24,000 nt of DNA, from assembly GCA_947313745.1 (NCBI GenBank), contig CAMZNG010000006.1:106753-130752 (forward strand), read 5' to 3'. Origin of the DNA: an uncultured Mycoplasmataceae bacterium. Its GTDB lineage: Bacteria; Bacillota_I; Bacilli_A; Mycoplasmatales; Hepatoplasmataceae. Under the pieces are notes generated by a model. It made no database searches, had not been told where the DNA came from, and saw only the letters and a list, made by a program, of their open reading frames with translations. The position numbers and the translations under genes were made by a program. Positions 1 through 11,046 of this stretch are shown one piece after another (positions within the stretch are counted from its first letter, which is position 1; each line of letters starts with the position of its first letter).

Positions 1-1676
1 GAAGAAATGATCATTTGGAAATATTGTCTAAATTATCAGGGAAATTAGCAAATGATAAATTTTCTAAAAAAATTAAATCTCTTTCATCAATTGAAATTGA
101 AAAAGAATTAAATAATTTAGTTGATTTAAAAAATGATATTGCTAAAAAAAATAATGAATCAAGTTCTAAATATGATATTGTTGCAGTTACTTCTTGTCCG
201 ACTGGTATAGCACACACTTATATGGCTGCAGAAAAATTAAAAGATGCAGCAAAAGAGCTAAAATTAACAATTAAAGTAGAGACGCAAGGACAAACATTCC
301 AAAACATCTTGACTCAAAAAGAAATAGATGATGCTAAAGGGATAATTCTTGCAATTGACAAAGGGATCGAAATGGATAGATTCTCTGAAAAAGATCTTTT
401 AAAAATAGGGACAAAAAAAGTTATTTCAAATGCAAAATTACATATTAATGAAACCTTGGAAAAAAAGAATCTAGATAAAATTAGGGTTGTGGCAACTAAC
501 AATACTTTAAACGGTGTTTCGGGAGATGGTGAATTAACTTTACATAATTTTAAAAAGAGGTCGTGAAAAGCCGTGATGAATGGTGTTTCATACATGCTTC
601 CTTTTGTTATATTTGGTGGTATATTCATTGCTTTATCATTCTTGATTGATATTAAAAACGCAGGTGAAAGTTCTTTTGGTTCCACAACAAAAGTTGCATC
701 ATTTTTTAATTCAATTGGTGGTGTTTCAATGGGAATGATGATACCTATATTAGCTGCATATACAATGAGTGGAATGATAGGTAGACCAGGATTGCTTCCG
801 GGATTTATTATTGGTATGTTAGCAGCAGGTAGCGGACCTATTTTTACTGATATATTTGATATAGGAGTTCCTGGTTGAGTACCAAGTGAATTTAGTGGAG
901 ATTCATCAGTGTCTTCAGGATTTATTGGTGGAGTATTTGGTGCGTTCCTTGCAACTGTAATTGTTATTGGAGTATCAACACTATTAGATTATTTACCAGA
1001 GTCTTTAAGGGGAATTAAACAAATACTATTACTTCCGTTGTTTGGAACAGCTCTTGCATCAATTGTATTTTGATTTATAAATATACCATTAATTTATCTT
1101 TCATGAGGATTATTATATGTCTTAAATTTAATTAATAAAGCTGGATTACAATGATTATTAGCAATGATTCTTGCTGGTATGATGGCAATTGATATGGGTG
1201 GACCAATAAATAAAACTGCATACGTTTTTGGAACTGTAATGATGTCAATAAGTGGTGATGGACAAATTTATATGGCTGCTGTAATGGCTGGAGGAATGGT
1301 TCCACCATTATCAATTGCAATAGCAACATTATTTTATAGAGATAAAATTTGAGATGGTCAAGATATTGATGCAGGATATACAAATTGAGTAATGGGAGCA
1401 TCATTTATCACCGAGGGAGCAATTCCGTTTGCATCAAAATATCCTAAATCAATAATGCCAGGAATTATATTCGGATCATTAATTTCAGGGTTATTAGTAG
1501 GCCTACTAAAAATACAATTACTTGCACCACATGGAGGAATATTTGTATTCGCACTTTTAAATAGTATGATAATGCCAATATGAGCATCAATAGTAACTTA
1601 CATTATTTCAATAGGTATTGGTTCCATAATTGCAGCAGTAATAATTGTATTTTTAAGAAAAAGAGAAATAAAATAG
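1..1676 (+). CDS. fruA: PTS fructose-family transporter subunit EIIB-EIIC (5' partial; the frame is open to the window edge)
   Basis: Frame-3 fragments 15-566, 573-878, 1164-1352 and 1392-1583 join across in-frame TGA codons and end at TAG 1674-1676. The EIIB-Fru active-site region is VAVTSCPTGIAHTYMAAE. The EIIC segments include MAIDMGGPINKTAYVFG and several hydrophobic spans. Confidence 0.85.
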
Positions 1677-1895
1677 TTTAATATCCTTAATTAAATAGAA
1701 AATAATAAATACTTAAGTGTATGAGATAGTGTAATTATTATAATAATTTTATTAATAATAATCATCATTAAAAAAACTAATTTCTTACAAGATTTAAAAT
1801 TATTTTTAGATACAAGTTAAATATTTTGCTTATTTTTGTAATAAAGTGATACATATTATAAGTTATAAGTATAATTATAAAGTTAAGAGGTTTTT

Positions 1896-2990
1896 ATGAA
1901 AGAATTAAATAAAAGATTAGTATTAGATTCAATTAAATATTCAAATTTAAATGGTATTGCAGGTCATGAAGAAAATATTGCAAATGCTATCAAAGATGAT
2001 TTAAAAAATATAAAAGGATTAAAATTTGAAAGAGATGGTCTTGGATCATTAGCTGTTATAAAGAAATCGAAATTAAAAAATGCTCCAACGATATCATTTA
2101 CAACACATATGGATGAAGTTGGTTTTTTAGTTACATCAATAGATTCGAATGGTTTTATTAAGTTTACTCCAATTGGAGGGTGATGAGGTCATGTTGTTTT
2201 AGCTCAAAGAATGATGATCACTACAAGAAAAGGTGAAAAATATATTGGTGTTGTTGGTTCAATACCTCCTCATTTATTAACAAGGGAAACAGCTCAAAGA
2301 GTTGTTAAGATAGATAAGATGTTTTTAGATTTGGGAATGACTTCAAAAAAAGAGGTTGAAAAATTAGGGATACAAATTGGTGATATGATAACTCCTGATC
2401 ATGGAACAGCATTTCAAACTCCAAATCCAAATAGAATAATTGGAAAAGCACATGATAATAGAATATCTGTTGTTACAGGTATTGAAATAATGAGAGAACT
2501 TTCTAATGAAGAACTAGATGTAAACGTTATATTTGTTGCTTCGACACAAGAAGAGGTAGGGTTAAGAGGAGCAAGAACTTCAACATATAAATGAACCCCT
2601 GATGTTGCTTTTGCAATTGATGTTACAATCGGAAATGGAACACCAGGACTTACACCAAAAGAAACAAAACTAGGTACAGGGGTCGCTCTTTCAATGTATG
2701 ATTCTTCAATAATTGGAAACCCAAGATTAATTCACTCAGTTGAAGAAGTTGCAAAGAAAAATAAAATTAAATATACTTTCGATGGACTGGCAAACGGAGG
2801 AACCGATGCAGGGGTTATTCATTTAACTAAAGATGGTGTTTTAACAATGACATTATCAATACCATCAAGATATATGCACTCTCATATATCAATGGTTGAT
2901 TTACAAGATGTTCAGCAAACAGTTAATTTAGTTGTAGAATATATAAAAAACTTTTCGAATGAAAAATTAGAAGGGTTAAAATACAAATAA
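1896..2990 (+). CDS. M42 family metallo-aminopeptidase (glutamyl aminopeptidase / FrvX / YsdC-like)
   Basis: Fragments 1896-2183, 2211-2594 and 2694-2990 share one frame and join via TGA (..PIGGWWGHVV.., ..YKWTPDVAFAIDVT..). Motifs: HMDEVGF, IGKAHDNR, STQEEVGLRGA. An AAGAGG RBS precedes the ATG. Confidence 0.85.
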
Positions 2991-3790
2991 TGACTTTTAA
3001 ATTAAAAAAAGGTGAAAAGTACATATTTGCAAGTGATTTAGATGGTACTTTTTTAACTGATTTTAATTCATCATTACACATAGACTCATATGAAGCAGTT
3101 AGAAAAATACAAGAGTCAAAAAACATCTTTGTAATCGCCACAGGTAGATCATGATGATGAACAAAAACACTATATGAACAATTAGAATCAGTTGATGCAT
3201 CAATTCATTTTTCTGGCGCAATAGTTCATCATCCTAACAATTCTAAATTTGAAGAATTTAGATCCTCAATAAGTCAAATTATTATTAAAGATATGGTTAA
3301 AAAGATTAAAATTTGAGATTTTGCAAATGAGGTTCAAGCAGTCGGAAGAAAGAATCATGCATTTTTTTCAAAAGGAGATGACTTAAATAAATTATTTTTT
3401 AACTGTTATGAATATATAATAAGTTTTTCAAATAAAAAAATAAATCCTGATGATTTAATAAAAAAAATAGAAGATATTATTGGAGATGGATATATGATTA
3501 GAGTTTGAAATTTTCTTGCTGGAGAAGATAAGTCACAAATAATAATTTCACCTAAAGGGACTTCAAAAGAATATGCATTAAAAAAATTATCTGATTTTTA
3601 TGGTGTTCCACAAAAAAATGTAATTTATTTTGGTGATAATGTAAATGATTTAGAGGCCTTAGAGTGAGCTGGGTATTCATTCACACCAAAAAATGCAAAA
3701 GAAATAGCTAAGAAAGCTGCTAATGAGGTTCTAGACCTAACAAATGATCAAGGTGCTGTTCCTAAAAAAATAATAGATTTACTAAAATAA
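2990..3790 (+). CDS. Cof-type HAD-IIB family phosphatase
   Basis: The ATG at 2990 overlaps the upstream TAA by 1 nt (TAATG). HAD motif I is ASDLDGTFL, motif II is ATGR, and motif IV is YFGDNVNDLEALEWAGYSF. The stop is TAA 3788-3790. The gene is absent from the ORF track because of many in-frame TGAs, including three in a row. Confidence 0.85.
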
Positions 3791-3791
3791 T

Positions 3792-4544
3792 ATGAAGAAA
3801 ATAGATTCAAAAAATAATAATTACATAAAACAATTATCTAAATTAGGTTTGAAAAAGGAGATAATCGATCAAGAATTATTTCTTGTTGAAGGCAATAATT
3901 TAATTAAGGAAGCAATAAATTCAGAAGTTGTTGTTAATTTGTTAATCACAAAAGAAGAAATGTACCCCAATGTTGACGATACCAAAAAAATTAAGGTTAC
4001 AAATGACATAATAAAAAAGCTTTCTCATAATAGGTCTAACGAAGGGGCTATTGCTGTGTGTAAATATGAACCAATTACAGTTCATCTATCAGTTGTTAAT
4101 AAAATAATAGTTTTAGAAAATATTAACGATCCTGGTAATTTAGGAACAATTATTAGATCGGCATTGGCATTTGGTTTTGATGCTGTAATTACTCTTGGAG
4201 AATCAGTATTTGCTTATAATGATAAAGTTTTAAGAGCATCACAAGGTTCAATGTTTAAAATACCTGTGATGCAATTAAAAGACTTTAAAGATTTGCATTC
4301 TTTTAAGGCATATAAATTTTGCCTGCAAGAGAATACAAGGTTTTTAAGGGATATAACAATCGAAAAATCCAATGATAACAAACACCAAGAAAAGTTTGCT
4401 TTGGTGTTTGGTAACGAAGCAAGAGGGCTTTCAAAGGATATTTTAAACAATTGAGAAGGAGAAAATGTAAAAATTGATATAAAATCTATCGATTCTTTAA
4501 ATATTGCTGCAACAGCAGCAATTGCATTAAATAAATTTAAATAA
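3792..4544 (+). CDS. TrmH/SpoU family RNA 2'-O-methyltransferase (YsgA/RlmB-like)
   Basis: ORF 3792-4454 continues through TGA to TAA 4542-4544. SPOUT motifs: VLENINDPGNLGTIIRSA, LVFGNEARGLS and a C-terminal SLNIAATAAIAL. Confidence 0.8.
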
Positions 4545-5246
4545 ATGGAAAAAAAAGAAGTAATAATTTTTATACATGGATTCAAAACAAAAGATATAAA
4601 TGATTTTGATGAATTTGTAAATAAATATAAAAGTAAATTAACTAATAAAGAATTAGTAAATTTTGATTTTTATGATTCAAATAAAAAGGAAACAATTAAC
4701 AAAAGAAATTTTGATTTAAAAATTACAGAAGTTTTCGAAAAATATAAAGAAAGAAAAGTAAAGGTAATTGCATATTCTTTTGGATCAATTGTTGCAATGA
4801 AGAATTCTTTAAAATATGAAAATATAGATGATATTTATTTGGTGGTTCCTGCGCTATACATTCATTATATGGATTGAATTTCTTCTATAAAAAAAAATAA
4901 ATCAAAGTTAAAAAAGTTAAAAAAGAAACTTGGTAAAGAAAGATTTGACTCATTTATGAAGAATAATAGTGTTTCAAAAAATTATTCTTTAATATCAAGG
5001 ACCGTACACAAATATATAAAAGCAAATAGAAAACATCTTAAAAAACTAAAAAACAAGAATATTTATGTTTCTTATAGTGAAAAAGATACTATATCAAATA
5101 ATGATAAAGTCATACCTTTCATTAAAAAAGAAATAGAGAAAAATAATAAGGTTATTTTTAATAAAGTGGAAGAAACACATTTTTCAATTTTAAAAAGTGA
5201 AAAAAATAATAAACATATTGAAGATTTTATAAATGATAAAGTATAA
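4545..5246 (+). CDS. alpha/beta-fold hydrolase (putative esterase/lipase), function unknown
   Basis: Fragments 4545-4877 and 4956-5246 are in one frame and join via TGA (HYMDWISS). There is an oxyanion-type IFIHGF, a nucleophile elbow AYSFGS, and later acidic (SEKDT) and His (EETHFS) candidates for a Ser-Asp-His triad. The ATG directly abuts the upstream stop. Confidence 0.55.
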
Positions 5247-5271
5247 TTATTAAAAATAAAAGGAGAGAAAA

Positions 5272-5580
5272 ATGGAAAAAACTAATACAAATGACGCAAA
5301 GAAATTAATAGAATCTAAAGAACTAGTAATCATTGATTTTTTTGCTGAATGATGTGGACCTTGCCAAATGTTTGGTCCAATATTTGCAGAATATGCAGAA
5401 AAAAATAAATCTATCAAATTAATAAAAGTTGATATTGATAGTGAACCTGATTTTACTATGGAAAGTAGTGTTCAAGGTGTTCCAACAATTGTTGCATTTA
5501 AAAACGGAAAAGAAATCGATAGATTTTCAGGATTTAAATCATTAGAGGATTTAGGAAAATTTATTGATTCAGTTAAATAA
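5272..5580 (+). CDS. trxA: thioredoxin
   Basis: The ATG at 5272 follows an AAAGGAGAG RBS. The active site is WCGPC, with the Trp encoded by TGA 5350-5352. GVPTIVAFKNGKE is also conserved. Confidence 0.95.
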
Positions 5581-5603
5581 TTTTATCTATTATATATAAG
5601 GTT

Positions 5604-5640
5604 AATACACAAGATGAATCTTGTGTATTTTCTTTATTTT
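5604..5640 (+). terminator. Rho-independent terminator after trxA
   Basis: The inverted repeat AATACACAAG / CTTGTGTATT is separated by a 6-nt loop and followed by a T-rich tract. Confidence 0.75.
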
Positions 5641-5697
5641 AAAATGATATTTAATTATTTTGAATGTTATATTTTAAAATTAATACTTATAAAAATT

Positions 5698-5718
5698 AAA
5701 GTATAATATATATACTTT
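5698..5718 (+). promoter_or_regulatory. pheS promoter element: 21-nt AAAGTATAATATATATACTTT (TATAAT -10 inside an imperfect palindrome)
   Basis: TATAAT lies at 5702-5707, 39 nt before the pheS ATG. The 8-nt arms AAAGTATA / TATACTTT are reverse complements. An identical 21-mer occurs at 6866-6886. Confidence 0.55.
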
Positions 5719-5745
5719 AATATTTAAGTTTAGAGATTTGTAAAT

Positions 5746-6774
5746 ATGTTAGAAAAAATAAATAAAATAATTATTGAATTAAAAAAAGAATTAGAAAACA
5801 CTAAAGATTTGGAGAGTTTGAAGCAAACTAAGGCTAAATATTTATCTAAATCATCTTTTTATATAGAGTTAAAAAATTCAATAAAAAACTCAGATAATAA
5901 ACAAGAGGTCGGAACCCTAATAAAAACATATACCATCGGTATAAATGATTTATTAAATGACAAAAAAAACGAATTAGAAAACTCATTCTTTATAATAAAA
6001 AAAGATAATCCTTTATTAACAAACAAAAGAATTTTTATTAAAGAAAAACCAGGAGTAACTCATCCTATTTCCGAAATAACAAAACAAGTTATTATTTTCT
6101 TTGATAAAAAGAATTATCACTATTCTCATGGGGTAGAGCTAGAGATTGAAAAATATAATTTTGATATTTTAAACCTAAGCAAAGACCACCCAGCGAGAGA
6201 AATGCAAGATACTTTTTATTTAAAAGGAAAAAAACTCTTAAGAACTCATGCAACAAATATGTCTGCAAGAGAGTTGGAATCAACAAAAAAAGATAAGTTT
6301 AGATCATATTCAGTAGGCCCAGTGTTTAGAAATGATGATAATGATGCAACTCATTCATTTCAATTTAATCAAATAGATATATTTAATATTGGAAATGATA
6401 TGAATGTATCTAATTTAAAATGAACATTAAATGAATTTATGAAATTTTTATTTGAAAAAAACCTAGATACTAGATATAGACCTTCTTATTTTCCATTTAC
6501 AGAACCTTCTTATGAAGTTGATGTTCAATGTCCTCATTGTAATGGAGAAAAATGTAGGATATGTTCCCATACTGGATGAATAGAAGTTCTTGGGTCAGGA
6601 ATGCTTTCTCCAGCAGTTATTAAGAACGCAGGAAAAGATAGTGATAAAATTCAAGGTTGAGCTGCTGGTATTGGGGTTGAAAGAATTGCAATGATGAAAT
6701 GACCAATAAGCGACATTAGGGATCTATATAGAAATGATTTAGATTTTTTATTTTCATATAAAGAAAAAATATAA
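5746..6774 (+). CDS. pheS: phenylalanine--tRNA ligase alpha subunit
   Basis: ORF 5746-6423 continues through TGAs to TAA 6772-6774. Class II motifs: [44 protein letters not shown] Cys cluster [17 protein letters not shown] is present. Confidence 0.95.
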
Positions 6775-6865
6775 ATGCTATTTTTTTCTAATTAACAAAA
6801 AGGATATCTAAAATATAAGCCTTAATTTTAATATCTTAAACAAAACTAATCATTAAATATAAAAG

Positions 6866-6886
6866 AAAGTATAATATATATACTTT
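6866..6886 (+). promoter_or_regulatory. pheT promoter element: second exact copy of AAAGTATAATATATATACTTT
   Basis: This is a 21/21 identical copy of 5698-5718. TATAAT lies at 6870-6875, upstream of the pheT RBS AAAGGAG and the ATG at 6928. Confidence 0.55.
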
Positions 6887-6902
6887 GTTAGAAATTTCTA
6901 AC
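6887..6902 (+). promoter_or_regulatory. perfect 16-nt palindrome GTTAGAAATTTCTAAC in the pheT leader
   Basis: The sequence is fully self-complementary. It directly abuts the 21-nt element and lies 25 nt upstream of the pheT start. It could be an operator dyad or a 5'-UTR hairpin. Confidence 0.45.
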
Positions 6903-6927
6903 AAACAAACATCAAAGGAGATAAATA

Positions 6928-8862
6928 ATGAAATTTTTAATAAATGAATTAAATAAATATGTAGATATTTCAGATAAAACAAACGAAGATTTGACAAAAT
7001 TGTTTACTTCTTTAGCTTTTGAGGTGGAAGAAGTAATTCCAGCAAATATTATTAGTGGAGTTAAATTAACAAAGGTATTAGAATGCTCAAAACACCCTAA
7101 TGCAGACACTTTAAGCTACTTGACAACAAATATTAATAATAAACCAATGGATGTTGTGTGTGGAGGAAAAAATATTTCTAAGGATCAAATTGTAGCACAT
7201 GCAATACCAGGGTCAAAAGTAGGGGATTTACAACTTAAACCAAAAGAACTTAGAGGAATACTTTCAAATGGGATGATCTTATCTATTTCTGAAATAATGG
7301 GAATATCAAAAAAAATAATTGAAAAAGGTGAAGAGCATAATATATTTGTATTTGATAAAAATGTAGATATGAATAAATCAATTTCTAATATATTAGAAAT
7401 TGATGGAGATATATATGATTTATCGATTCTTCCTGACAGGCAATATGCAGCTTCATATTTTACAATGGCAAGAGAAATAGCATCATTTTTAGAGAGGGAT
7501 TTTAATTGAAAAATAAATGATGTTCCTAGAAATGGAGATACTAATATTTCTCTTGAACTTGGTGATAAAGCAAATGCATTATTTGTAACGAATGTGGTTT
7601 TAAAAAAATCAAAAACTCCATTTTTCATAAAAAGAATTCTTTATATTTCAGGAATTAAACCTACAAATACAATTAAAGATATTATTGCTTATGTTATGTT
7701 AATGACTGGATCAGTTGTTTATGTAATGGATAGAAGTAAATCTTTAAAATTAAATGGAAGAAAATTAAATGATATTGACTTATTTAATTCGGATGTATTA
7801 TTAACTGAAAAAGATGAGGTTATGCTTGTTTCTCAATCTTCAAATTCTCATTCTAATTTTATGAATGAAAAAAAATTAAATGTTTTATTTGGCGGAAGAA
7901 ATATTAAAGGATCAACAACCGAATCTGCAAAATTAAGTTCAATGCTAATCATTGATATTGCAAATAAGGCTGGATTTTTAGAAAAAGCATCTAAAACAAC
8001 TTCAAAATACATTGATAAATCAAGAGAATTTGAATTATCAGATGAATATATCTTTAATTATTTAGGGAATAACATAGATATTTCTAAGACAATAAAGAAA
8101 CTAAATTCAATAGGGATAAAAAAGGAAGGGAATAAATATACAATACCTTCTTATAGAAAAGATATTAAATATAAAGCAGACATTATTGAAGAAATAGCAA
8201 GATTCTATGGAATTGAAAACATAAAACCAAAACCTTATTCAATTACAAAAGATGAAATAGATTTTGAACCTCATAAAAATGCATTGATTAATATAACTGA
8301 TGAATTAACTAAGTATGGAATGGTCGAAACTAAAACATATGAATTAATTACTAATGAACAAGCAAAGAAATACAATATTTGAAATATGAATAAATTTGTA
8401 GAATTAACAAGTGATTATTCATTAGAGTTTAACACTCTTCAAACTTCATTATTATCAGGGTTAATTGATTCGTTTGTTTTAAATCATAAAAATGATAAAG
8501 AAGATATTAGACTATTTGAATTATCAAATGTATTCCATAATGAAAAACCTATATATTCATTGGGTATTATTCATGATGAAAAAATAGTCAATAGTAACGA
8601 GGAGCCAATTTTAGCAACAAAAGAATTTGTTATGAAAGCACTAGAATCAATCAATGTTGATTTATCTAAAATTTCTTTCAAAACAAAACAAAACATATCA
8701 TTTAATCCTTATGTATCTTCAGAAGTTTTTTTTGATAATAAATCAATTGGATTAATAGGTGAAATACACCCTTCAATTTTAAGAGAAAATAAATTGATTA
8801 GACTTGATAAAGTTAAGGCTAAACTTTATTATGCAGAAATTAAGCTAGAGGACTTATTTTAG
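6928..8862 (+). CDS. pheT: phenylalanine--tRNA ligase beta subunit (short form, 644 aa)
   Basis: Fragments 6928-7509, 7594-8382 and 8386-8862 share one frame and join via TGA. The N-terminal tRNA-binding OB region is KHPNADTL..VVCGGKN. The B5 region is IPSYRKDIKYKADIIEEIARFYGIENI. The gene is adjacent to pheS. Confidence 0.9.
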
Positions 8863-8866
8863 AACT

Positions 8867-10342
8867 ATGTCTTCAACAAAGGTTAATGAAATACCAATAA
8901 GTGATCACAAATTTAATAAAGGAAGTGTTCTTTCTGTTATTTTAAAGGTTGCCATCCCAATAGTGTTATTAATGATATTTAATTCTGCTTATGCATTTGT
9001 TGATTCTTTAATGTCCTCAAATTTTGTTAATTATGGAGAAACAGAAAGTGGTACTCCATTAACTGGAGGAACTTCTATAGGACTAATATTCCCATTAATG
9101 GGAATATTGAATGCTTTTCAAGTTATGCATAGTGCAGGTAGTGGTCTTGCTTACACAAAAAATATTGCTCAAAACGATTCTGATGGAGCAAAGAAAACTT
9201 TTGGTCAAACCTTCTCATTAAGTTGAACATTGGGAGCTATTATTATTTCATTTACTGCATTAATAGGAATACCATACATACTTACTGCATCTGGAAATTG
9301 ACATAGTGAAACATGAGGGGTTCATACCCATGAAATGGTTTTAGATGGCTATGAGTATATGGTTATATTAACTTTTGCATTTATTCCAATGACCCTTCAA
9401 GGTTCATATATGAGAATATTAAGAGCAGAAGGTAAAGGTGCTGCATCTGCAATAATACCTGCATTAACAATGCCTATAAACATAGCTTTTGATTATATTT
9501 TTATGGCTATGTTAAAACTAGGTCTTGTTGGCGCAGGTTTAGCAACACTTATTGCAACTACATCAGGGGCAACAATGATGATTTTATATGTCTTTATAAT
9601 AAAGAAAAAGGGAGATAATATAAATATTAGTTATAAGTGAGAAAACATTAAATTTAGAAAAGAGTTTTTTATAGCAGTGTTTATTTTTGGATTAGGATCT
9701 TTCTATAGAAGAATATTTGATGGGATTAATATCGTGATGGTTTCTACTTATGTGGGGAATATTTCAATTGATTCAGCATCAAAGGTTGATGTTCCAGCTT
9801 GAACATCTTCCTGGACTATGATGACAAGAAGTATAAATATGGGGACAATGATGTCATTGGGAGTTGGACAAACAATGGCAATGCTTATATCATTTTATAA
9901 TAATTCAGATCAAAAGGATAAGGTTAAAGAAACACTTAAGGTTGGAACCATATGTGTGTTCATTGTTCAAATGATTGCAATAGGAATATTATTATTAATT
10001 GCAAAACCATTGTTTCATGCATATGGAGTTAAACAATTCGATGGTTATGGAGGAGAAATTGGAATTGCATATATATTTATATTATTATTTTCAATACCAA
10101 TGTCACTACAAATCATTCCAGCATTATTTTATTCAGGAATGAAAACACCACGTTCAACTTTATTTCATACCATGATATTTAATGCATCAAACATCATTGT
10201 AGTTTCAATATTCTTTTCAATAGAAAGAATTACAAAGGAACCATTATTTTTATTTGGTGGAATATTTCTTGGAGGACTGATTGGTCTTGTGGGTTCAGGA
10301 ATATTCTTCAACAAAAGATATAGACAATTATTGTCAATCTAA
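8867..10342 (+). CDS. MATE family efflux transporter
   Basis: Fragments 8867-9226, 9335-9640 and 9818-10342 share one frame and join via TGA, giving 491 aa. The protein is polytopic and hydrophobic, with a MATE-like N-terminus (ILKVAIPIVLLMIFNSAYAFVDSLM) and an internal two-fold repeat architecture. Confidence 0.75.
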
Positions 10343-10381
10343 TATATAATTAATAAGATTAAAAAATAAAAGGAGAATAAC

Positions 10382-10564
10382 ATGCCAGTTCCATTTAGAA
10401 GAACTTCGAAAACTAGAAAAGCAAAAAGAAGAACTCACCAAAGAGCAGAAGTACCAACAACAATAATGTGTCAGAATTGTGGTAAAAACATTAAACCTCA
10501 TACTGTATGTAAATCATGCGGACATTATAAAGGTAAACAAGTAATTAAAGCTAAGGATGAGTAA
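10382..10564 (+). CDS. rpmF: 50S ribosomal protein L32
   Basis: [19 protein letters not shown], plus a CxxC...CxxC zinc ribbon (CQNCG..CKSCG). An AAAGGAG RBS precedes the start. Confidence 0.95.
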   Translation: MPVPFRRTSKTRKAKRRTHQRAEVPTTIMCQNCGKNIKPHTVCKSCGHYKGKQVIKAKDE

Positions 10565-10964
10565 TCAATTCAACAATGAAGATTCGTTGTTACATAAAAG
10601 AAAAGAAAGAATCTTTTTTTTATATAGAAATTATTTGTTAGGTAAAACATTGAATGATTTAGAAAAAGAAATAACTTCTGATCAATATGGTTTTAATGAA
10701 AAGCAAAAAGAATTTGTAAAATTAATTATTGATAATATTTCAGATCTTGAAAACAGGATGAAAAAGTTTTTACCTGAAGATTGAAGATTAGAAAGGTTTA
10801 ATTTTCTTGAAAGATCAATCTTATTGAACGCAACTGCTGAAATTGTTTTTAAGAAAAAGAACAAAAAAATCATTATTAATGAATCAATTGAATTCGCTAA
10901 GAAATATTGCACAGAAAAATCACCATCATTAATAAATGCTATATTAGATAAAATAGGAAATTAA
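10557..10964 (+). CDS. nusB: transcription antitermination factor NusB
   Basis: ORF 10557-10784 continues via TGA to TAA 10962-10964. The C-terminal signature is [42 protein letters not shown]. It overlaps rpmF by 8 nt. Confidence 0.8.
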
Positions 10965-10980
10965 TTCCTATTTTTTTATT
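10953..10980 (+). terminator. Rho-independent terminator overlapping the nusB stop codon
   Basis: The stem ATAGGAA / TTCCTAT has a 5-nt loop that contains part of the TAA stop. A T7 run follows. Confidence 0.6.
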
Positions 10981-11013
10981 TTAAAAAAAAGTGTATAAGT
11001 TTCCCATTTTATG

Positions 11014-11046
11014 TATAATTATGTTGTGAAGTGGGAGATAGTGGGA
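11014..11046 (+). promoter_or_regulatory. mraZ promoter (-10 TATAAT) with downstream direct GTGGGA repeats (candidate MraZ operator)
   Basis: TATAAT lies at 11014-11019. GTGGGA occurs at 11031-11036 and again at 11041-11046, an exact 10-nt period. AAAGTGT lies at 10988-10994, and an inverted TCCCA lies at 11002-11006. Confidence 0.6.

Noticed and set aside
1677-1895. A 219-bp AT-rich spacer after fruA, examined for a tRNA, small RNA, terminator or repeat.
   Set aside because: No cloverleaf-capable G/C stems, no convincing hairpin and no repeats were found. It only contains TATAAT-like hexamers and the AAGAGG RBS of the peptidase gene, so it is most simply a promoter region.
5581-5745. A possible T-box riboswitch leader upstream of pheS, and likewise upstream of ileS at 15133-15203 and pheT at 6775-6927.
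   Set aside because: The leaders are too short (about 165, 70 and 150 nt) and almost devoid of G/C. I found no specifier-loop or antiterminator architecture and no conserved T-box sequence (..GGUGGUACCGCG..).
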